Origin: a virus
Taxonomy: Duplodnaviria > Caudoviricetes
Strand: one strand, 5' to 3'
Virus record (IMG/VR): IMGVR_UViG_3300025875_000618
Span: 1-50,201 of that record
DNA length: 50,201 nt
Both the position numbers and the translations under genes were made by a program. How positions within the stretch are numbered: position 1 is the first letter of the stretch; the number at the start of each line of letters is the position of its first letter. Below, one piece after another: positions 15,727-25,085 of this stretch. The notes under the pieces were generated by a model. It saw only the letters and a program-made list of their open reading frames with translations. It was not told where the DNA came from and ran no database searches.

Positions 15727-18223
15727 ACCCGTACTCCGGGCGCGGGCTGCGGTTGCCCACCACCCACAGCAGGTCACCCTCCTGCAGGAACGGCAGGCAC
15801 TTGGCCTCGTACCAGGGGTCCAGCTCCAGCCCGCCCAGGTCCGTCTCCGGTGCGGCCTGGTGGTAGTCCAGCCCGGACTCCACCAGGGTCACCAGCTGCT
15901 CCCAGCCCTCTGGGGCCCACTGCTGCAGCCGCTCCGTGGGGTCCGCGCCCACCCGCACGCCCAGCACCGGGACGACGAAGCCGGCGCGGCTCATGCCGTG
16001 CAGCACCCCGGACAGGCTCATGGCGGAGCCCACCGGCATGACGATGCGGCGGACCTCCAGCAGGTGCTCCCGCAGCGCGGCCACCTGGGCGGCGGTGGCG
16101 TCCACCGCCTGCTGGCACTCCATCCCGAACGGCACCAGGGTCATGCCCTGCGCCGCGGCGTCCTCCCGGGCCCGGGCCACGATCACCGTGTTGTACCCCG
16201 GCCGGTGTTCGATCACCTCAGCGCCGAACGCGCGGACCCGGGCCAGCGTCTCCGTGTCCTCCGCAGCGGCGGGCACGTGCAGCCGGGCGGGGATGCCCAG
16301 GCGCTGCGCGATGCTGGCCACGATCAGCGCCTGCGGTGACGTCCTGGAGGAGGCGGTCACCAGCCCGGTGGCGCCCTCCGCCAGCGTGCGGCAGGACCGC
16401 ACCTTGCCGCCGGCCTGCCCGGCGTACACGTACGCATCGTCCCGCTTCACCAGGTGCCCGCCCCACCGCTCCACCGGGGTCAGCTCCGGGGTGTGGTCCG
16501 GCAGCTCCAGCTCCTCCTGCGCCTCCACCTCCGGCACGGTGACGTCCACCAGGCCGCAGTCCCGCGCCGCCTGCATCCCGTCCCCCTTGACGAACACCAG
16601 GACGTGCTGGTGCGTCCGCCCCACCTTCCGCCCGGCCATGAACTGGCGGCCGGCGCGCACCGCCAGAGACCCCACCGGCGTCACGTAGATCATCTCGTTG
16701 TAGAAGCCGGCGCCGGCCGCTTCGAAGGCGTCGATGGTGTCCCGGATCAGGCCCAGGTACCGGCCGTCTCCGCGCTTGGAGCGCACGTCCCCGATGACCC
16801 AGACCGCGAAGCGGTTGGGGGCCAGCCGGTCCACCGCCTTGCGGATGACGTCTGCGTGGGCGGTGCGGAACTCCTCCGCGGAGAGGGTGGACAGGTCCTG
16901 CGGGTCGTCGGAGTACCGCTCCAGGTAGGCGTAGGGCGGGCAGGACAGCAGCAGGTCCGCCGGCCGCCCCGGCTCTGCCAGGACCTCCCGGGAGTCCCCC
17001 TGCGTCCAGGTCAGGTCAGCGCCGGCGGGCGCGATGCCCCGCTGGGCGTCGTTGGCGTCCACCTGCTCCTGGCGCAGCTCCACTCCCTCGTAGGAGCGGC
17101 CCAGCAGGGCGGTGACCAGGCCGCGCACGGAGCCGCCGGCGAAGGGGTCCAGGACGTGGCCGGCGGCGGGGGAGAACCAGCGCACGGCCAGCTCCACCAG
17201 CACCGGGTCGAAGATGGAGGTGCCGGAGGTGGAGAGGTTCTCGGTGGACCCGGAGGAGTCCAGGTGGTCCCGGGTGAACTCGTCGTGCGAGAGCTCCCGG
17301 CCCAGGCGGGCCTCCGCCGCCTCCTTCTGCGTGTAGTAGGTGGGGACCCGCCCGGACGCGGAGGCCACGGTGAGCGCCCGGCCCTTGGCGTACCCGGGGT
17401 CAGCTGGGGCGGTGGTGCCGTCCGTGCTGCGCCCGATCCACGCGCCGCCACCGCCGCCGCCCGGGTGCGGCCCGCCGGCCTTGGTGCTGCGGGTGGGGGT
17501 GACACCCCAGCCGCCCTGAATGTCCGCGATGCCCGCCTGGTTGGAGTGCGCCAGGCCCTCACCGCGGCCCAGCTCAGACTGGATGCCGTGGGCCAGCCAC
17601 TGCGTCTTGCGGTTGCGCCACGGGCCGGAGCGGGCGTCCAGGACGGAGAACGGGGGGACCACGAAGCGGTCAGCCAGCGTGGGCCGGGGTGCCTCCGGCT
17701 CTGCGGGCTCCGCCACCGGGGACTCCGCGTCCGGGCGCTCCCCGCGCTCCGCCGGGTCCCGCTCCTCCTGCTCCTGCTGCAGGTCCTCCAGGGAGCTGTC
17801 CCCGGCCATGCTGTCCAGCAGCGCGTCCAGGTCCTCCTCCGCGTAGCCGGTGCCCTCCAGGTCCGGCAGGTCCTGCAGCAGCAGCGCCAGCACCGGCTCG
17901 TCGTAGGTGCCCAGGTCCGCCGTGCGGTTGTCCACCAGCAGGATGCGCAGCGCCTCCTGGTCGTCCACGTCCAGGAACACCGCGTCCACGTACTCCCAGC
18001 CCAGGTAGCGGGCTGCCATGAAGGTGTGGTTGCCGGCCAGGACGTGGCCGGTGGACTGCTGCACCACGATGGGCCGGTACTGGCCGTGCCGGCGGAGGCT
18101 GTCCGCGATGGCCTGGACGTCACCGCGGCGCGGGTTGCGGGGGTGGGGCTCCAGGTTGTCCACCCGGGCGGAGACGGTGTGCTGGCTGGGCTCAGCGGCG
18201 GTGGGGGCGGCGGTCTCTGACAC
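15716..18223 (-). CDS. Fusion: ParB/Srx N-terminal domain + amino-DNA methyltransferase + fold-type II PLP-dependent enzyme
   Basis: ParB: LEPHPRNPR...PIVV...LAGNH...DNRT. MTase: VLDPFAGGSVRG, SCPPY. PLP: LTPVE...VKRDD...GGKVR...PVGSAMS...LDPWYEAK. One uninterrupted 835-aa ORF. Confidence 0.9.
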   Translation of the reverse strand: MSETAAPTAAEPSQHTVSARVDNLEPHPRNPRRGDVQAIADSLRRHGQYRPIVVQQSTGHVLAGNHTFMAARYLGWEYVDAVFLDVDDQEALRILLVDNRTADLGTYDEPVLALLLQDLPDLEGTGYAEEDLDALLDSMAGDSSLEDLQQEQEERDPAERGERPDAESPVAEPAEPEAPRPTLADRFVVPPFSVLDARSGPWRNRKTQWLAHGIQSELGRGEGLAHSNQAGIADIQGGWGVTPTRSTKAGGPHPGGGGGGAWIGRSTDGTTAPADPGYAKGRALTVASASGRVPTYYTQKEAAEARLGRELSHDEFTRDHLDSSGSTENLSTSGTSIFDPVLVELAVRWFSPAAGHVLDPFAGGSVRGLVTALLGRSYEGVELRQEQVDANDAQRGIAPAGADLTWTQGDSREVLAEPGRPADLLLSCPPYAYLERYSDDPQDLSTLSAEEFRTAHADVIRKAVDRLAPNRFAVWVIGDVRSKRGDGRYLGLIRDTIDAFEAAGAGFYNEMIYVTPVGSLAVRAGRQFMAGRKVGRTHQHVLVFVKGDGMQAARDCGLVDVTVPEVEAQEELELPDHTPELTPVERWGGHLVKRDDAYVYAGQAGGKVRSCRTLAEGATGLVTASSRTSPQALIVASIAQRLGIPARLHVPAAAEDTETLARVRAFGAEVIEHRPGYNTVIVARAREDAAAQGMTLVPFGMECQQAVDATAAQVAALREHLLEVRRIVMPVGSAMSLSGVLHGMSRAGFVVPVLGVRVGADPTERLQQWAPEGWEQLVTLVESGLDYHQAAPETDLGGLELDPWYEAKCLPFLQEGDLLWVVGNRSPRPEYGFSE

Positions 18224-18289
18224 GGGGGCTCCGGGGCGTGCGGCGTGGACGCCCGGCCCAGAGCCAGCAGCGCGCCCAGTGTTGCCGAG

Positions 18290-18880
18290 CTACGCCAGGA
18301 GAGCTGCCACCGCCACGCCCTGGGCAGCCAGGGTGACCGCGGCCAGGGCCGCCAGGACCACCAGGACCACGGCCAGGGAAATGCCCAGCACGGCGGGCGC
18401 GTCCCGCCACCAGCCGGCCCGGCGGGCGGGGTTGCCCGCGGCCCCCCAGCGCACCGCGGTCCACATGAGCCAGCGGGTGACCGGGCCCACGGCGTCCTCC
18501 GGGGTCTCCCCGTCCAGGCGGGAGCCCTCCCGCATGATGCGGCGGAACAGCCCGTCCGCGTCCCGGGCGGACACCAGCGGCGGCCGCGGGTGCGGGTACA
18601 GGGGCCGGCCGTTCTCGCTGCGCACGCGCAGGTACAGCTGCTGCTCCTCCCAGTACCGGCGCAGGTCCGTGCACAGGTAGTCGTGCAGCACCGCGGCCTC
18701 GTCCCACGGGCCGGTGCGGGGGATCAGGGAGGCGGTGAGCGCGGGCACGGAGGCGAAGTCCGTGCGGAAGCCGGCGGGCACCGTGATGGTCTCCCAGCGG
18801 CCCTGGTACACCAGGTCCTCCAGCAGCTCCCACCGGTCAGAGCCCACGCGGCGGACCGCCACGCGGGTCAGGAAGGGCAC
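18290..18880 (-). CDS. DUF1353 domain protein with C-terminal TM helix
   Basis: VPAGFRTDFASVP, AAVLHDYL, ADGLF motifs. Confidence 0.85.
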   Translation of the reverse strand: MPFLTRVAVRRVGSDRWELLEDLVYQGRWETITVPAGFRTDFASVPALTASLIPRTGPWDEAAVLHDYLCTDLRRYWEEQQLYLRVRSENGRPLYPHPRPPLVSARDADGLFRRIMREGSRLDGETPEDAVGPVTRWLMWTAVRWGAAGNPARRAGWWRDAPAVLGISLAVVLVVLAALAAVTLAAQGVAVAALLA

Positions 18881-18883
18881 GGG

Positions 18884-19288
18884 TCAGCCCCGGTAGGGCG
18901 GCCAGCCGGCGCCGCCGTTGCCCTCCGTGAGCAGCCAGCGGGACAGGGAGTGGTCCCGGTCCGGCTGGCCGTCCACGATGGGCCAGACGTCCACCAGCAG
19001 CCGGCCGTACTCGTCCCGGCCGTAGGAGTCCGCGCCCAGCAGCCCGTGGGTGCCCAGCCAGCTCACGGTGTCCGCGGTCCCCCGCGCCTTGCCCGCGGCG
19101 TCCGGCAGGTCCGCGGTGTTGACCCACACCAGCCGGCAGCGGGTCCCCGTGGGCTTGGACTGGCGCACCGTGTCCCAGTCCTCCCCGCGCTCCAGCCGGG
19201 TGAGGGCCAGCAGCGCGGTGTCCCCGTCCACCACCCGGATGCGCTGGCAGGTGTCCCAGACGGTGGCGGGCGGCGCTTTCACAGACAC
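18884..19288 (-). CDS. Thermonuclease (SNase-like)
   Basis: RVVDGDT, RLVWVNT, DEYGRLL; start uncertain. Confidence 0.8.
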   Translation of the reverse strand: MSVKAPPATVWDTCQRIRVVDGDTALLALTRLERGEDWDTVRQSKPTGTRCRLVWVNTADLPDAAGKARGTADTVSWLGTHGLLGADSYGRDEYGRLLVDVWPIVDGQPDRDHSLSRWLLTEGNGGAGWPPYRG

Positions 19289-19389
19289 GCACGCACCGTA
19301 GGCACGTGACCGCACCGGGTGGTGTAGGCGCGCAGACTGGTGCGGCTGCTGGCTGCGGGCCGGGCACCCCTGCAGCCCTGGAGCACGCC

Positions 19390-20301
19390 GTGGCAGACCG
19401 CCGCCACCTCATCCCCGAGATCGTCCGCCCCGGCCACCGCAACGGCCGGCACGTCAACCACGACCCGCGCAGCCTGCGCTACCTGGCCGCGCCCGCCGGC
19501 GTGCAGGTGACCCCCAAGTCCGTGCGCTGGGAGCGCCGCATCCCCATCCTGGACCAGGGCCAGCTGGGCTCCTGCACGGCCAACGCCACGGTGTCCGTGC
19601 TGGGCTGCGCCCCCTACTACGACACCCTCCCGCCGGAGGTGCAGCGGGCGCTGGCCGACGCCCGCACGGCGGAGGCGTTCGCCGTCCAGCTGTACCGGGA
19701 GACCACGGCCACCGACCCGTTCCCCGGCCAGTGGGAGCCGGACGACACCGGCAGCGACGGCCTGTCCGTGGCCAAGGCGGCGCAGGCCCGCGGCCTGGTC
19801 TCCGGTTACCAGCACGTCACCTCCCTAGCCGCCGCGCACGTGGCGATCCAGGCCGGCCCGTTCATCACCGGCACCGTCTGGCTGGCCGGCATGGAGACCC
19901 CCAGCCGGGAGGGCATCGTCACCGCCACCGGGGTGGAGGAGGGCGGGCACGAGTACGCCTGCACGGAGTACGACGCCACCCGGGACCTGTGGTGGTTCGA
20001 CAACTCCTGGACGGACAGCTGGGGCCGGGCCGGGCGGTTCGCCATGTCCTCCCAGACGTTCGCCACCCTGCTGGCCAAGGACGGGGACGCCACCCCGTTC
20101 GTGCCCATCACCGCGCCGGCGCCGCAGCCCAGCCCGGCGCCGGTCACCCCGCCCGGGCCGGTGTCCCCGGTGACGCCCACCCCGGCCGCTCCCACCGTGC
20201 CGTGGGCGCAGCTGCAGCCGTTCATGGACAGCCCGCACTCCTGGGCGAAGGCCACCACGGCGGCCCGGGTGCTGCGGCAGCTGCAGGCGCAGCAGCAGTA
20301 G
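19390..20301 (+). CDS. Papain-like cysteine peptidase (C1 family)
   Basis: DQGQLGSCTANA (Gln/Cys), GGHEY (His), DNSW..SWG (Asn); Pro-rich linker then short C-terminal domain; GGAG RBS. Confidence 0.85.
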   Translation: MADRRHLIPEIVRPGHRNGRHVNHDPRSLRYLAAPAGVQVTPKSVRWERRIPILDQGQLGSCTANATVSVLGCAPYYDTLPPEVQRALADARTAEAFAVQLYRETTATDPFPGQWEPDDTGSDGLSVAKAAQARGLVSGYQHVTSLAAAHVAIQAGPFITGTVWLAGMETPSREGIVTATGVEEGGHEYACTEYDATRDLWWFDNSWTDSWGRAGRFAMSSQTFATLLAKDGDATPFVPITAPAPQPSPAPVTPPGPVSPVTPTPAAPTVPWAQLQPFMDSPHSWAKATTAARVLRQLQAQQQ

Positions 20302-20312
20302 CCCAGCACGCA

Positions 20313-20348
20313 CAGCAGCCCCCCACCCGTCTGGGTGGGGGGCTGCTG
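20313..20348. terminator. Hairpin terminator between convergent genes
   Basis: CAGCAGCCCCCCACCC / GGGTGGGGGGCTGCTG 16-bp stem. Confidence 0.8.
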
Positions 20349-20361
20349 CCGTCTCCGGGTC

Positions 20362-20895
20362 CTACAGCTCCGCGCCGGGCGCCAGCTGGTCCAGCAGGCT
20401 GTCACCGCGGGACAGGTAGCCGCGCAGCAGGACCTCCTGCTGGTCGTCCTCCGTGAGCGCCGGCGCGTGCCCGGAGCCTCCCGGCCGGCCACCCACCCAC
20501 TCCACCGTGCCGCCGCGGGCCGCGATGCGCTCCAGCATCCACTCCAGCTCCTGGGTGTCCGGCCGCTGGTGGTAGCCGTAGCCGGCGTGCACCCGCACGT
20601 GGGACTGCGCGCGCAGCTCCTCCGTGGCGTGCCGCCCGGCCGCCCGCCACAGACCGCACCGCGGTGACGCGGGCAGCCCCAGGTCCAGCGCGGACGCCCG
20701 GGCCAGCAGGACGGACCCGGCCAGGATCAGGAGGACCGGCGCGGACGGCACGGGGGGTGGAGCCGGCCGGTGCGGGCGCTGCGGGCCAGCGGCCTCCGGC
20801 TCCGGGGACCAGCGCATGGCGTCACCGGACGTGGACCAGTCCGCCAGCGCCCCGTCGATGGACGCCAGCACGTGGTCCACGCCCGGCCCGCTCAT
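20362..20895 (-). CDS. Hypothetical protein
   Basis: ATGA overlap; IDGAL...SGDAMRWSP. Confidence 0.7.
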   Translation of the reverse strand: MSGPGVDHVLASIDGALADWSTSGDAMRWSPEPEAAGPQRPHRPAPPPVPSAPVLLILAGSVLLARASALDLGLPASPRCGLWRAAGRHATEELRAQSHVRVHAGYGYHQRPDTQELEWMLERIAARGGTVEWVGGRPGGSGHAPALTEDDQQEVLLRGYLSRGDSLLDQLAPGAEL

Positions 20896-21491
20896 GCCGC
20901 TGCCGCCTCCCTGAGCTGCGCTGCCAGCGCCAGCTCCTCCTCCGTGAGCTTGCCGTACCACTCCAGGCGGCCGTCCGCGGTGCGGTGCTTGCCGCGATGC
21001 CCGGTGAGGTACCGGCACTCCCGCAGCAGCCCAGTGGACAGGCCCATGTGCCACGCCTGCGGGCACGGCGGGACCAGGTGCAGCTCCAGCTCCGTGCCGT
21101 CCCCCACGTCGTGCTCCACCGGGTAGCGGCCCGGTGCGGTGGCCACGTACTGCGCGGCGTCCGGCAGCGCGTCGTGGCCGGCCACGTAGCACTGCGGCGG
21201 GCTCAGCCGGACCATGTACCGGCCGTCCACCCACAGGTGCTCCACGCCGTGCGCGTGGCTCTCCTGCTCCAGCTCCTCCCGGCGGTCCGCGCTGAGCCCC
21301 TGCCCGGGCACGTAGCAGGTGGGGCACTCGTCCCAGGCGTCACAGTTCCCGGACGGGCCCGGGCACTCCACGGTGTACTGCAGCTCCGGCTCCTCCTGGC
21401 AGTCCGCGCAGAGCCCGTCCGGCGGGCAGGCGGAGCACCGGTCCACGGTGACCACCAGGACGTGCGGCCGCCAGCTCCCCGGCCGGCTCAC
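20892..21491 (-). CDS. Cys-rich hypothetical protein
   Basis: Multiple CxxC; GTGA-coupled. Confidence 0.7.
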   Translation of the reverse strand: MSRPGSWRPHVLVVTVDRCSACPPDGLCADCQEEPELQYTVECPGPSGNCDAWDECPTCYVPGQGLSADRREELEQESHAHGVEHLWVDGRYMVRLSPPQCYVAGHDALPDAAQYVATAPGRYPVEHDVGDGTELELHLVPPCPQAWHMGLSTGLLRECRYLTGHRGKHRTADGRLEWYGKLTEEELALAAQLREAAAA

Positions 21492-21916
21492 ACCGGCACC
21501 CCGGCGTCCGTGACCACCAGCAGGTCCTCCGCGTAGCTCCACAGGTAGTTGTCCCCGTCCCACTCCTCCGTGATGACGTGGCGGCCGGCGCGGAGCTGCG
21601 GCGTGTCCTGGTCCTCCCCGGCGTAGGTGTCCCGCCAGTCCCCGGAGGCGTCCAGCCAGTCCACCACCCGGCAGGAGGACCCGTCCGGCGGCATGGGCTC
21701 CCACTGGTGCCCCTGCGCCGGTGCCTGCGCGATCAGCTCCGGGACGTCCTGGCCGGGGGACCACAGCCGGATGGGAGTGCCGTAGCACAGTTCCTCGCAG
21801 CCCTCCGCGCACCACTGGTGGCAGAGGTCGGCCGGGCCGCCGGCGCAGGTGAAGCGGACGGACTCCACCGTGCCGTCCGCGTCCAGGGTCACGTCCGCGT
21901 AGTGCACGGCGGTCAC
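21488..21916 (-). CDS. Cys-rich hypothetical protein
   Basis: FTC...CHQWCAEGCEELC; GTGA-coupled. Confidence 0.7.
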   Translation of the reverse strand: MTAVHYADVTLDADGTVESVRFTCAGGPADLCHQWCAEGCEELCYGTPIRLWSPGQDVPELIAQAPAQGHQWEPMPPDGSSCRVVDWLDASGDWRDTYAGEDQDTPQLRAGRHVITEEWDGDNYLWSYAEDLLVVTDAGVPV

Positions 21917-22383
21917 TGCCGGACGTCCAGCTGGTCCGCCACGTCCCACAGGGCGTCCACGTCGATGTGCGGCCCGAACACCCGGCGCTCCTCCCCGGCG
22001 TCCGCGTCCTCCGGGCGGTACATGAAGAACTCCCGCACTTCGTGCTCCTCGTAGGCCAGGGCCGCGCCCAGGAGGCGGCGCACCAGCTCCCCGTCCGTCA
22101 TGTGCGGGGACAGGTAGCTCTTGCCCCCGGAGCCCCACGCCATGTCCCCGGTGAAGGCGTCCGGGCGGTAGTGCTGCAGCTGGACAAACACCCGGCCCAG
22201 CGGGTCCTCCACGTCCACCTCCACCCGCCACCGGTAGGTGTCCGGGCGGTACACCACGCGGTCCACCACGCCCTGCACGTGCTCCAGCCACGCCGTCTGG
22301 CCCAGGTGCTGCTGCACCGGGCTGGGGCTGGAGCCGTAGACCCCGGGCCGGCGGTCGTCTGCGGTCTGCTGCGTCTCGGTCAC
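21913..22383 (-). CDS. Conserved phage-type hypothetical protein
   Basis: YLSPHMTDGELV...EEHEVREFF...VFGPH. Confidence 0.75.
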   Translation of the reverse strand: MTETQQTADDRRPGVYGSSPSPVQQHLGQTAWLEHVQGVVDRVVYRPDTYRWRVEVDVEDPLGRVFVQLQHYRPDAFTGDMAWGSGGKSYLSPHMTDGELVRRLLGAALAYEEHEVREFFMYRPEDADAGEERRVFGPHIDVDALWDVADQLDVRQ

Positions 22384-22757
22384 GCTGTCTCCTCTGTCGG
22401 TGCTGCCCCCGTGACGCCGGGGTGTCTGTGGCAGGCCGGCCACCAGGCGCGGACGTCTGTGCCCGGGCCCTTCGTGGCGGGGCCCAGGTCGCACTTGGGG
22501 TAGGAGCGGCCGGCGGACTGCCGGTGCGGGCAGTCCCCGCAGGTCCCCGCCTCCGGGTACGCGCGGCCGCGGGTGAGTGGGTGCCAGCCCAGCTCCACCA
22601 GCGTGTGCTGGCGGGCGGTGCGCCGGCGGTCCGCGGACGTCTCCGCCGGCGGCTGCAGCACCAGCGGGGTGCCGGGCAGCTGCAGGTCCGGCTCCGGGAA
22701 CAGGTCCAGCTGGTCAGGGATGGGCACGTACTCCACGCCGTGCTCCGGGCCGGTCAC
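22380..22757 (-). CDS. Actinophage-type Cys4 protein
   Basis: SADRRRT...HPL...CGDC...YPKC...TDVRAWWPAC. Confidence 0.75.
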   Translation of the reverse strand: MTGPEHGVEYVPIPDQLDLFPEPDLQLPGTPLVLQPPAETSADRRRTARQHTLVELGWHPLTRGRAYPEAGTCGDCPHRQSAGRSYPKCDLGPATKGPGTDVRAWWPACHRHPGVTGAAPTEETA

Positions 22758-22963
22758 TCCACCACCACCTCTCCGCAGCGGCCGCAGTGCCCCAGCTCCA
22801 CGGTCTCCCCGGTCAGGTGGTTGTGGCTGAGCCGGTGGCCGGCGTTGGGCACGAACCGGCCGCAGCCCACGCACTTGCCGGTGTACCGCGGCCGCGGGTG
22901 CCAGTCCTGCGGGTCTGCGTCCAGGGGCTCCGCGGCGGCCTGCCACAGGTCAGTGCGCTGCAT
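22754..22963 (-). CDS. Small Zn-ribbon protein
   Basis: CVGCGRF...CGRCG. Confidence 0.65.
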   Translation of the reverse strand: MQRTDLWQAAAEPLDADPQDWHPRPRYTGKCVGCGRFVPNAGHRLSHNHLTGETVELGHCGRCGEVVVE

Positions 22964-23354
22964 CGCGTCTCCCCGTGGGCAGCAGGCCAGCGTCCTGGAG
23001 GACCCGCAGCTGCTCCCCGAACTCCAGCAGCACCTCCACGTCCGCGTCCGTAGGCGTACCACCGCAGACGATGACGCCGGGGGGCAGCTGCGGCCGGGAG
23101 GCGCGCTCCCGGGCCTCCCGCTCCTCCTCCCGCACCAGGTGGTCCACCCAGGTGCGCAGCGCGCCGTTGACCGGCAGCCCGGTCAGGCGGTGCTCCAGCT
23201 CCGCGGCCTCCTGCGCGGTCAGCTGGTTGCCGGTGTCCAGGCGGCGGCCGGCGTGCTGGGAGCACAGGCGGAGCCGGTCCGCGCGCTCCGTGATGCCGTG
23301 CCGCGCGAAGGCCAGGACCAGGCGCTGCAGCTGCCTGCCGTCCGCGCGGCTCAC
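22950..23354 (-). CDS. Hypothetical protein
   Basis: RADRL...GR...QLTAQEA helical motif; GTGA-coupled. Confidence 0.65.
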   Translation of the reverse strand: MSRADGRQLQRLVLAFARHGITERADRLRLCSQHAGRRLDTGNQLTAQEAAELEHRLTGLPVNGALRTWVDHLVREEEREARERASRPQLPPGVIVCGGTPTDADVEVLLEFGEQLRVLQDAGLLPTGRRDAAH

Positions 23355-23917
23355 CGGGGCTCCGCGGGCTGGTCGTAGTCCATGTGCCAGGTGGGGTGCA
23401 CGGGGTGCTCCCCGGGCTGGCCGTCCAGCTGGAGGACCAGGTGCGGGCCGGAGAAGCCCACCACGGTGCCGGGCTGGCCGTCGAAGCGGACGCGGCTGCC
23501 GATGTGCGCGGGCACCCGGTAGGTGGCGCGCACCCACTCCCCGTCCGCGTCCAGCCGCACGATGCCGTCCCCGTCCATCGGGTCACGGGGCTGCGGCTGC
23601 GGCCGCTGCTGCGGGTCCAGGCCCAGCAGGCGCATGACGTCCCGCCAGGTCACCTCCCCGGTGGGGCCGGCCATGAGCTGGCGCAGCGTGTCCGAGTCCT
23701 GGTCCGGGCTTCCCAGCTCCTCCGCGCTCATGTCCGCCAGCAGCAGCGCCAGGGCGGCGGTGCGGCGCGCCTGCTCCAGGTCCTCCTGCGTCACGTGCTC
23801 CCGGTGGTACAGGGAGACGGTGGCCGCCAGGTGCGCACGGGCGTGGAACAGCGGGTCCGCGTGGTACCGCAGCCGGGCGTCCCGCTCCAGCTGCTCCACG
23901 CGCTCCCGGGCGCTCAC
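23351..23917 (-). CDS. Hypothetical protein
   Basis: RYHADPLFHARA; C-terminal WVRATYRVPAHIGSRV...HPTW. Confidence 0.7.
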   Translation of the reverse strand: MSARERVEQLERDARLRYHADPLFHARAHLAATVSLYHREHVTQEDLEQARRTAALALLLADMSAEELGSPDQDSDTLRQLMAGPTGEVTWRDVMRLLGLDPQQRPQPQPRDPMDGDGIVRLDADGEWVRATYRVPAHIGSRVRFDGQPGTVVGFSGPHLVLQLDGQPGEHPVHPTWHMDYDQPAEPR

Positions 23918-24069
23918 GCGCGCACCAGCTTGCCGGAGCCGGCGCAGGAGACGCGGGGCAGCTCCGGGTCCGGGTGCCGCCGGATCACGTGCCCCCTGCG
24001 CGCCCTGACGGTGCCCACCGTGCCCGGGCAGTCCGGGCAGCGGACGTCTCCACCCACGTGCCGCGCCAC
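23914..24069 (-). CDS. Small Zn-binding protein
   Basis: CPDC...RRH...CAGSG; starts right after the upstream TAG. Confidence 0.55.
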   Translation of the reverse strand: MARHVGGDVRCPDCPGTVGTVRARRGHVIRRHPDPELPRVSCAGSGKLVRA

Positions 24070-24360
24070 CTAGTCCTCCTCCTCGTCGTCGTCCCACGCC
24101 GGCTCGTAGTCGTCCGCGCCCTCCTCCGTGGCCTGGCGCACCTCCAGCTCCCAGGGGTGCAGGGAGTCCGCCACCAGGAGCGCGTCCCGGGCGTCCCGCT
24201 CCGTGTCCAGGTCCACCGCCACCCACTCCTGGGTGTGCATGTCCCAGACCCCCCAGGAGTCCTCCAGGGACGGGACCAGCCGCCCGCCGCGCTGCGCGGC
24301 CGCCTGCTCCACCTGCCAGGGCAGCCACCGGGGCTCCACCCTGCTCTCCGTGCTGGTCAT
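24070..24360 (-). CDS. Acidic hypothetical protein
   Basis: GGAGG RBS; 96 aa. Confidence 0.7.
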   Translation of the reverse strand: MTSTESRVEPRWLPWQVEQAAAQRGGRLVPSLEDSWGVWDMHTQEWVAVDLDTERDARDALLVADSLHPWELEVRQATEEGADDYEPAWDDDEEED

Positions 24361-24416
24361 CTTGGGCCCTCCGTAGATGGGTGCGGGGGCCCCGGCTGGG
24401 GCCCCCGCGGTGGTGC

Positions 24417-24734
24417 TCAGCGCCGGCCGGGCACGTACTCCTCCAGCACGCCGGCCACGTAGGTGACGCGCACCTCGTTGCCCTGGCGGCGCAGCTCCGC
24501 GCCGGACTTCCAGCTGATGACCTGGCGCAGGCCGGTGTCCCCGCCGCGCTCCTGGTAGGCGCGCAGGAAGTAGACGGCATCGCGGGGCCCGTGCAGCCAG
24601 ACGGTCTCCCCGCCGGTGGTGGTGTAGGACTGGACCTCCACCCGGTACTCCGTGCCCCGCAGGGTCACCGTGCCGGCGTCCGTGAGGGTGTAGTCCGTGC
24701 CGGCGGCGGTGTCCGTCTGGCCAGTGGTGTCCAT
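24417..24734 (-). CDS. Hypothetical protein
   Basis: RBS hairpin element; WLHGPRDAVYFL. Confidence 0.75.
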   Translation of the reverse strand: MDTTGQTDTAAGTDYTLTDAGTVTLRGTEYRVEVQSYTTTGGETVWLHGPRDAVYFLRAYQERGGDTGLRQVISWKSGAELRRQGNEVRVTYVAGVLEEYVPGRR

Positions 24735-24736
24735 GT

Positions 24737-24821
24737 CAGCTCCTCAGCTGGGGTGCGGTGCGTACATGGAGAGTGTACGCCAGCCGGGGCCCTACGTGCA
24801 CGGGGGGTGTACGGCGCGCCG
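24737..24821 (-). promoter_or_regulatory. Promoter with two palindromic boxes and RBS hairpin
   Basis: Boxes at 24762-24778 and 24796-24812; -10 TACACT; CAGCTGAGGAGCTG 24737-24750. Confidence 0.75.
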
Positions 24822-24899
24822 TGGCCTACCTGCCGTGACGCATCTGCCCGGGGGCAACTGTGGGCAGGCGCGGAGCAGCTGTCCACAGGCGGCAGCAGG

Positions 24900-25085
24900 T
24901 CAGAGCCGGGTACGCGCCCGCTCCGGCCCGGTCTCCCCAGCGTCGTGCACCGGCGGCCCGCCCTCCGGGAGCGCGTCCACCTCCTCCGGGGTCAGCGCCA
25001 CCCGCAGGTGACCCACCCGGCCCTCCGTGAACACCCACCACTCCCGCTCACCGCCCACGCCGGCCAGGAGCCGGACCGCGGCCAC
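24900..25085 (-). CDS. Small hypothetical protein
   Basis: 61 aa ORF with protein-like composition. Confidence 0.55.
   Translation of the reverse strand: MAAVRLLAGVGGEREWWVFTEGRVGHLRVALTPEEVDALPEGGPPVHDAGETGPERARTRL

Noticed and set aside
17230-17580. Gly-rich segment inside the methyltransferase, considered as an intein
   Set aside because: No N-terminal Cys/Ser block or C-terminal HN motif; more likely a variable loop.
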